From NCBI GenBank assembly GCA_000934665.2, contig KZ538686.1, positions 1 to 53,844 on the forward strand: a DNA stretch of 53,844 bases, written 5' to 3'. Positions 46,382 to 53,844 of the stretch are shown in pieces. The DNA is from Catajapyx aquilonaris. Its lineage: Eukaryota. Each line of letters starts with the position of its first letter. The first letter of the stretch is position 1. Under the pieces are notes generated by a model. That model had not been told where the DNA came from, ran no database searches, and was given only the letters and a program-made list of their open reading frames with translations. A program made the translations under genes and the position numbers.

Positions 46382-49300
46382 CTAAGCCCTGATGAGTCCT
46401 TGGACAGATGGTGCAGAAGGCCCACGTGGCAGAGGTCTGCTCCTAAAAAAGCATCTGTGTCAATGACCCTGTCCAATGCAATAAGTAGTTCAAATCTCAA
46501 ATAGCAAAAAAAAGCTGAAGTATTAGCCAAGAAGCAAACCTGATGTATTCCTCATAGTGGAAACTAGAGGAAAAGTTCTACCATTAGTGACCACAGTTCC
46601 ACACGAAAAAATCATTTGCCATGCATAGCTATCACAGTGATCATATCCTTCATCCCAACTGAAAAGCATTTACCTGCGCTGTTCCTTGTTAGGGCTGTTA
46701 GGACTCGGAGGTACATCCTTTACTAAATTACGGCATGAAGCTAACTTGGATTCCAATGCCTGCAATGAAGTAAGATGCACACTCAACATTTGTTAACAGG
46801 GGATGATGCACATGCGAAGGTCAACACAGTCAGTGGCCTTATGCAGAGATCACAAAGTTTTGGCCCCAAGATATTTATGCTGGCAAGACAAGGCTCAAAT
46901 CATGATGCAATCAGCACTGTATTAACCAGCACACACAAACGGCAAACAGATAATTTTTGTTCCAAAATAAAATGAAATAAAGGAGAGAACACAAGAAAAA
47001 AATTGAGTTTTCAAGTGGCACTGGCGCACGGGGGAAGGAGGACAGCCTTATCTCAACTGCCTAAGGGTGGCTGAGGAGGGTAAATCCAGCTTGTACCATC
47101 TGCAATCTAGGTGCTGGATGGCTCTTTTTTGGGAAGAAAGGATCCCCCCACCCTACCACTAATTCACTGCAGCTTTCAAATTGTTGTCCCCTACAAATCT
47201 TGTTCCATAAAGGTGAAGGTTCGGACAATGGGTTGTAGAAGCCATAAAAATTCTTGATTCCACTTACGATACATCAACATTCTTGTTGCCTATCTGGTAC
47301 AAATTTTGTGGCACTCAAGGGATTCAGTTAAGATTTATTCAATTGTCCCACGTGCAATGCCCACTGTCAGTTGCACTGTGCAATGCTAATCATTCTGTCA
47401 TCTTCCATTTCCCCACCATAGCTCTTTTGAGGATGTTGGGTGTGGTGGCAGAGGCATGGTGCTCATCACAGAGGTTGTAAACAACTTCTCTCTCCCCCAT
47501 CAAAAATTGTAACTCTTAAGGCTGTGCATCACCCCCGAGTGAAAATAGGCGTATCCCATGTAACTTATCTCCCCTTTTTCTCCTACACTACTTATCGTAA
47601 TCTTGTCAACTATATATTAAATGATTGAGCATGAGGAGGAAATTGAGATCAGTGGATTACATTTTGCAAATTATTTATAATAATCAACATTTAGGGTGCC
47701 AAACAGGCAGGAAACCGGGATGAGAATGAAAAAAATTGCCATTCGTAAACTAGGGATTTGCAGAAAAAATCCTTCCACTGGTCTCAATTTCACACTCTTT
47801 GGGTGCAAGTTGCCGTTTGTTTGAATAAAATCGAGAGGTCCATAGTGGAGATGAGGGGGATATAAGTTGATGGTGCAAACCGGAGCTTCTCCGGCCCGTT
47901 CGGGGGTAAGTAGTGCACGACATCTCTCCATGAGAGCGCTGCAGTCGACGCGCGTATAATTTGGCAATGCTGTGGTCTCGACTCGTTGCTATCGCCTTAT
48001 GCCCTTATCTGCTATAATCCTCTGAGTAATTTCTTGGCTCGATTTTCAACCTTTTGGGGGAAAGCAACTTTTCCAGCAGGGTCATGGCATGTCGAAGGGG
48101 AATAAGGATGGTGGCTTCACAGTCTCAGAATTTGATATAAGTTATTCATATATTTAAAAACATGTGCATACGCACACAGGATAATACCAAAAGAATCTCC
48201 CACGGAGATATTATTGCAACATCTGTCGGCAACAATAAATTGAACAGGACGGTCAATTTATTTCAAGTGGTGTTCTTATGCATATCAAATGAACGGGAAT
48301 GAAAAATGAGGAATATTGTGATAACCGAGTAATAACCGAGATCTGTTTAATAGCCAAAACTCCACTTTTTCAAGAATGCGCAAAGTTTTCCGTTTTCCAT
48401 ATGCCTGCACTGCATGCAAAAATGCAAAATTAGCTCACCCATATATTTCCTAGGCAGGACCAAAAAAATATGTTATTTTCTTTTGCCATCTCGGTATTGC
48501 CAAATACACCAGAATAGTTACGATTTTGACCTTTTCGGCAAGGGTATAGTAGGAATCAGATCATAATAAACTTTTAAAAAAGTGGAAGGGTTGCAAATTG
48601 CAACAGTGCAAGGTTTAGGACCGGACTGGAAAGAGGAGGGTCACTCTCAGATTAGGACGACCGGGTCCTCGCCTCGGGCTTGTACCAGCTGGGGAAGTGA
48701 GGCTCCGAAAATAAGCTGATGAATTTTTTATGGGTGACTCTTTTTGCATTTTTGACAGCAAATATGAATTCTAAGGTGTCGAAAACCTATATTTTCATAC
48801 TTGATTCGTATCAGGCATGTCACAAATAGGCGGTGCAATTGCGAAATGAAATTCTTTCATCTGCACATGAAGTTTTTCTTTACATGCACGTGGCCTATTT
48901 GTGACATGAAGGTAAAAGGTCGCTTCCCCTTCCATCCCAACAGATTATAGCTGATAACCAAATGCGACATTGCCAAGGTTAAACACGGGCTATTGCCATC
49001 CCCTTGTCGAAAGGTTTCAAATAGTTCCCGACCTTCCCATGCTAAGCGCTAGTGAGTCAACGAGTGAATTTCTCCTAGGGGTGATACACAGTCTTAATCA
49101 GTAAGGTGGAGCACTATCACAAAGTGTTGCCTGCCTATCTTGGGATCTCCTTTTGTGCCTTCCCCATCTTGCAGGGGGATTTATGGGTGCCTATCATATT
49201 ACACTTTGGCTCATTCTGGGGTTTGTAGGAAGAGAATGGATGAGGTGATCCTGAAGGATCTTTGTAGCGCATTAATGAAAAGTGAGACATTCATTTGGTG

Positions 49301-52300
49301 GAAGCATGTCTTAGTGTGTTACTTCCTTCCTTTTTAGGGCCAAAACTTTTGATCTTACCTTGTAGAATATTAGACAGCAACCTTTGAAACTTGTTTAATG
49401 AAACCTCAATCTTACACAAACATCATACACGCACTCTGCATACAACAAATGCAGTCTCAACTTTAAAATTAACCTAAGGAACACGGTGGTGATGAATCAC
49501 ATCAAAGTCTTGAGAGTCGGCTTGTCCACATCAAGGCACAATCCTTAACAAAATCTTGGCAGTGGAATGGTATCAGATGTCCTTATGACCCTGCGTCAAA
49601 AATTTTCACACCAGTTGTCGTTTCATTCATGCACGCCAAACACAACTTATATAAATGCAATAAAATTGATTAGTCAGAATATTGCAAAGCAAAAGCACTA
49701 GTATGCCAAACTGCGCTGCTTCGAGGATTACTTCGTGCAAATGATTAACCCCACAGTATCAAGGCATATACATTTGTACACACCAAAATTTCCTTGTGCC
49801 TTAGAAATTTTAAAAATAATCGTCTAAAAAGGCATCCTTTTCTAATCCTCAAATAATGTCCTACATGAAAAACTTGTTTCAAGAGAAATTTTTAGACAAA
49901 TATATTTACATCCAAAAGACAAATGGGTGCAAACTTGCTGGCACACGGAGTGCAAGAAAGTGACAGAACTGCAAGAAATAAATAAATTGTTGAATCTGCC
50001 AGTTCTATTGCAAGCAACAACAAAAAATTTGGTACCATATGCCAGTTAAAAAATGAGTAATACACAAGTTTATGGTTCCTTTCCACCTAGACTGATGTCC
50101 TTTTAGAAAACTGCTTGTAATTATATTTGTGGAAATGTGAATGCCTTGGTCCAGAAGGTGGGCAAATCTGCATGATACTTGTTGGAGGGATGAGTGTTAG
50201 CTGTAGGTTACGTGACGCAAATGCTTATTAAATGCAGAAAATGTCAGTATTGTGTTATAATCAGAGGAAGTGTGAAGAGGAGGATTTGCATATGAAGGAA
50301 CTCCAACTTGAAAGAAAATTGTCAACTCAACCTGTGTTTGTACTTTTCGGAACTATGATTGACTGCAATTGGCGACTAGGATCGTAAGTGTGCTCCTGCT
50401 CACTTCAGGTCATCTGGACAAATGCACTTCAGCCTGTCACATGAGGTGCACAAAAACTTCTGGAACTGTTGAACAATCATATGATATCAATTTTTATATC
50501 CTATTGCACAGGTTTTGCACAACTGTGAGAACACAGCATACAAAGTAGCTGTTCAATTTGCCTTCAGATCATGGCCTTGCATCAATGACGAGCCCTGACA
50601 CATTTCCCTACCACTGTGTAACACTGCTGTACTACCAGTCCCAGATCCCCTGTTTAATGTAGGTACTCCTGGAAAAATTATTGTAGTGACTCTCAAAACT
50701 AATTAGCAAGAGAAGCAAATAATTAAAATATGCAGCATTTAAGCTGTAGCACATAATTATCAGAGTTTCACCTATCAAATAATATCAAGTGTGTAAAATA
50801 ACATCTGCAGCTTTCAGAACAATTCACAAAAGATAACAAATAAATAAATAACAACATTGGGGTATTGTGTCAGTTTATCTGTTGTGATTCTGTTTTTGCT
50901 TTGGTTTGTAACCTTATATTTATGCTTCAGGCCTATAAAATTTGTCTAGCTTTTTTATTTTCTGTAAAAGTATCCTCCATACGCCCACAAAAGAAAAAAA
51001 TTGTGCTTATTTGAGGTTTTTTCGTACCTAAAAATCCGGACTCTAGTTATAACACACTTGGTACCTAGGCTGCGGCTTGAAGGAATGAACAGTTGCCCTT
51101 GTAACATGCAACTCAATGCCATGTCCAATGGGCGTTAAAACTGAGTGTGCACAGAAGCATGAAATAAACATTATGGCTCAGCTAAGGCTGCTCAAATGAG
51201 AGCGATTTGAGTCAAGTTAACAGCACTGTATTAGCACGAAAAGTTTGGCAAATACAGTATTCACTCGGAACACAAGAATTTGGATTTGGTAATACAGAAG
51301 TGGTACAGCCGCAACTTCATTCTTGTGAGATGTGGCAGTAAATGATGTCTTTGGTAGTAATGGTCATGTCATTTAACTCATTTAACATAGACATGAGAAT
51401 TTAGGTTCCACTAGTGGTGCCTGCAGAAAATGTATGATGCATATACTGCTATTTGAAATAGTGTGTTCTAGAATTAACTGATCCTATCTGTATGCAGTTA
51501 CAAGGCACTGTAACAGCACGTGCAATATTCATATGGTTGCAACATTGCTTTGGTTCCTGGTTGCCCCACCTGGCTCCTGCCCATATTTTACAGCAATTAT
51601 ATTTTTACCATTACCGCTTGTTCCCTAGTTGTTAATGCATCTATAGCATACTGGAAACCAATGCAGAAAAATCACGATTCAAAATAACGAAGTAGGCCTC
51701 ACAGACAAATTGTTACACTCTTGTTTCTTTTTGGCCATTATTTACTTGTTTTTAATTAGCCAACAGTTATTTCTTGCATATCAATGATTAGCATAATTTG
51801 TCAATATGAAATAAACTGCATAAAAATAACCATGATGAAATGTAACCAGAACTGGCATGGTCCAAGACAAATAAAGCCATGTTGTATCCGCCGTGAAATT
51901 GTAAACTAATTTCTGAGTGCCTGTGACTGATAAAAAAATGATAAAATCACTTCTGGACACAGTCTATTCTAACCAGTGATTTAACCACACAATGATCATA
52001 ACTAACAGGGTAATAGGGACAGGTGAGTATATTTGTAAAAAAAATCCCAACAGTAATAAGCACATACCAAATAATCACACGCACACACACGCACACACTC
52101 AGACCTGTGGTCCAATACCTATGGGGACTTGGGAAACACACCTTTATCGCGAGTGTAAATAAACTAACATACCCTAACTAACCTAGGCTGAGATAAATGG
52201 ACCTTGTAAAACGGTGCTATACATAACTGAAATGTCCCCAGAGTCAGGCCCTGTCCCCGGAGTTATGGTAAAAACACCGAATTTGGTCCCCAGAGCTAAT

Positions 52301-53224
52301 GGACCACAGGAAACACACCATTACAACAGCCAACTGACATGTCAGCTGTCTTGTTTATGCATTTCTACACACACATGCTGTATAAAAACCCTTGGTGCAG
52401 TGGACCCGGTTCTCATTCTCAGTAACTCTGGTACAGTCATATAAGGGCATCAATCACTTCATCATAATGAAATTTCAGTGTGACATTTGTCCCTTCATTG
52501 CTGTACCAGAGAATAATGATTAAAATTGTCAGTTGAATAATATTTCAAATTACATAAAATTTTGATAGTTTGATATCTCCCAGACAACAATCTGGTCATG
52601 GTCCCAGTGAGATTAAAACTCAGGTTGCTAGATGGCATGCAGACAGTATGGGACCAGTCTAGTCGACTAGAGAGGTTCGAGATGATATTATCGGCACTCC
52701 AAAACAGTTGCAATTGGTTCCTGTAAGCCGACCAATATCAAAATTTCAGTGGTCTTCATGTCGTACCACTTGAACATCACAATTTATCACAAGTTAAAAA
52801 ATTAAGCCTCAAATATGAACCTAGTGAAAATTTAGTTACTCATGACCACAATACCTTTGTGTTCCTTCAGATGTAAAGAAAGAGAAAAGGCACCTATACT
52901 TACTCCAACTTTACGTAGCAGATCACCCACTATATTTAGTGCTGAAATCCTTGCTGATGGGGTCAAGGGCACAGGCTGGCTGCTGGATTCTGGAATTGAC
53001 AACAGGGATTATCTTAGAAGGTGCACTTGTGAGAACAATACCAAAATTTCACCCCGTCTATTCAATCTTACTTCGCATGGGTGAACCTGGAACAGTCTGG
53101 GTTTCATTTTCTGACACCCTTTTGTTGGAGTCGACCGTTTTGCAGTTGTGTTCTACTTTCTTATCATTGTCTAGGTTCTCTCCATCTGGGTCTCGCTCTC
53201 GAATTTGTAGTTCTTGCCGAAGAT
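46382..53224 (-). CDS. nudE: Nuclear distribution protein NudE/NDE1-NDEL1 homologue, 3' exons only: 53224-53072, 52989-52904, 46759-46674, 46442-46382 (5' part lies beyond the window)
   Basis: Spliced peptide DLRQELQIRER...PLTPSARISALNIVGDLLRKVG/ALESKLASCRN...RSRPLPRGPSAPSVQGLIRA* contains the NUDE_C signature; not captured as one ORF by the ORF track. Confidence 0.92.
47520..49093. mobile_element. 1.57-kb non-autonomous TTAA-flanked (Kolobok-like) element in a nudE intron
   Basis: TTAA-GGCTGTGCATCACCCC...GGGGTGATACACAGTC-TTAA; no transposase ORF seen. Confidence 0.7.
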
Positions 53225-53486
53225 CTGCAGAATAACAATACCACTTTTGAGCACAATGTACATTTTGTTCTGTTTCCTTTCAGGCAAGATCATTACACAA
53301 GGTGAGCTACTGCTTATTGAGTGAGGAAAAAATACTTCAATGAAAATGTATGTGGTCTGAAGATTCACCCAATGTGTTGCTTAGGGTTTAGACATCAGTT
53401 CATAAGATTTACAGGGTGTTACAAGGATGGATATAAATTGTACCAAATATGAATTTACACACTGCATGGAGGGCCTATTTTCATAT

Positions 53487-53653
53487 GTACAGTCAGTTAA
53501 AGGATTTCCTTTCCGCATAAGGTGGAGAAATTAGCCTCCAACAAAGGTGCTGCCTCCCTCTGATGCAATGACTCGTACTCCCCTAGCTAGCACCTCTGTT
53601 GGAGGCTAATTTCTCCGGCTCATGTGCAAGGGAAATCCTTTAACCGACTGTAC
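53487..53653. mobile_element. Hairpin MITE
   Basis: GTACAGTCAGTTAAAGGATTTCC...GGAAATCCTTTAACCGACTGTAC. Confidence 0.75.
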
Positions 53654-53844
53654 AGTATGGTACTACTAACCGCAAAAGTAATGTCACAACTGTTTATGTG
53701 TTTATGTGTTGGTAATCCTGGGCGCTGCCATGTTACAGATATGTTTACCACCAAAAACCTTTCTGTAAAAAAGGCCAAGTTCTCCTGACTGCTTGGCCGT
53801 AAAAAGTGGTGAGATCTGAAATACGGCCAAGTTCAACGTCGTAC

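Noticed and set aside
46327..46530. 67-aa minus-strand ORF as the last nudE exon
   Set aside because: A different frame from the stronger TTTTTTAG acceptor at 46443 gives the more plausible ...PRGPSAPSVQGLIRA* terminus.
49359..49410. Possible cassette exon in the nudE intron (AG/GTAAG donor)
   Set aside because: Weak acceptor, length not frame-preserving, and it would split the conserved KVG/ALESKL helix.

Overview
Eukaryotic (arthropod/insect-like) nuclear DNA with short GT-AG introns and a very dense load of small transposon relics; one assembly gap at 30531-30769. Five spliced protein-coding genes were reconstructed by hand: RpL10 (+, 13423-15772), a secreted/lysosomal gamma-glutamyl hydrolase (+, 16449-23416), TXNDC11 (-, 37934-26677), PIGQ/GPI1 (+, 41343-43241) and the 3' part of NudE/NDE1 (-, entering from the right edge, stop at 46382). 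A sixth transcript probably runs leftward from a bidirectional promoter shared with RpL10, but only apparently non-coding exons are visible. Introns and intergenic DNA hold hAT, Tc1/mariner, PIF/Harbinger, TTAA-targeting and Chapaev3-like non-autonomous elements, tRNA-derived SINEs and many near-perfect hairpins, often nested. I found no convincing new biological system. The best leads are a candidate H/ACA snoRNA and an anticodon-arm-deleted tRNA-like unit in an RpL10 intron, a hAT deletion derivative that keeps an open dimerisation-domain ORF, a 1-kb foldback palindrome, a mariner with two 3' ends, and a composite four-terminus TTAA element. All family assignments come from motif recognition, not database searches.
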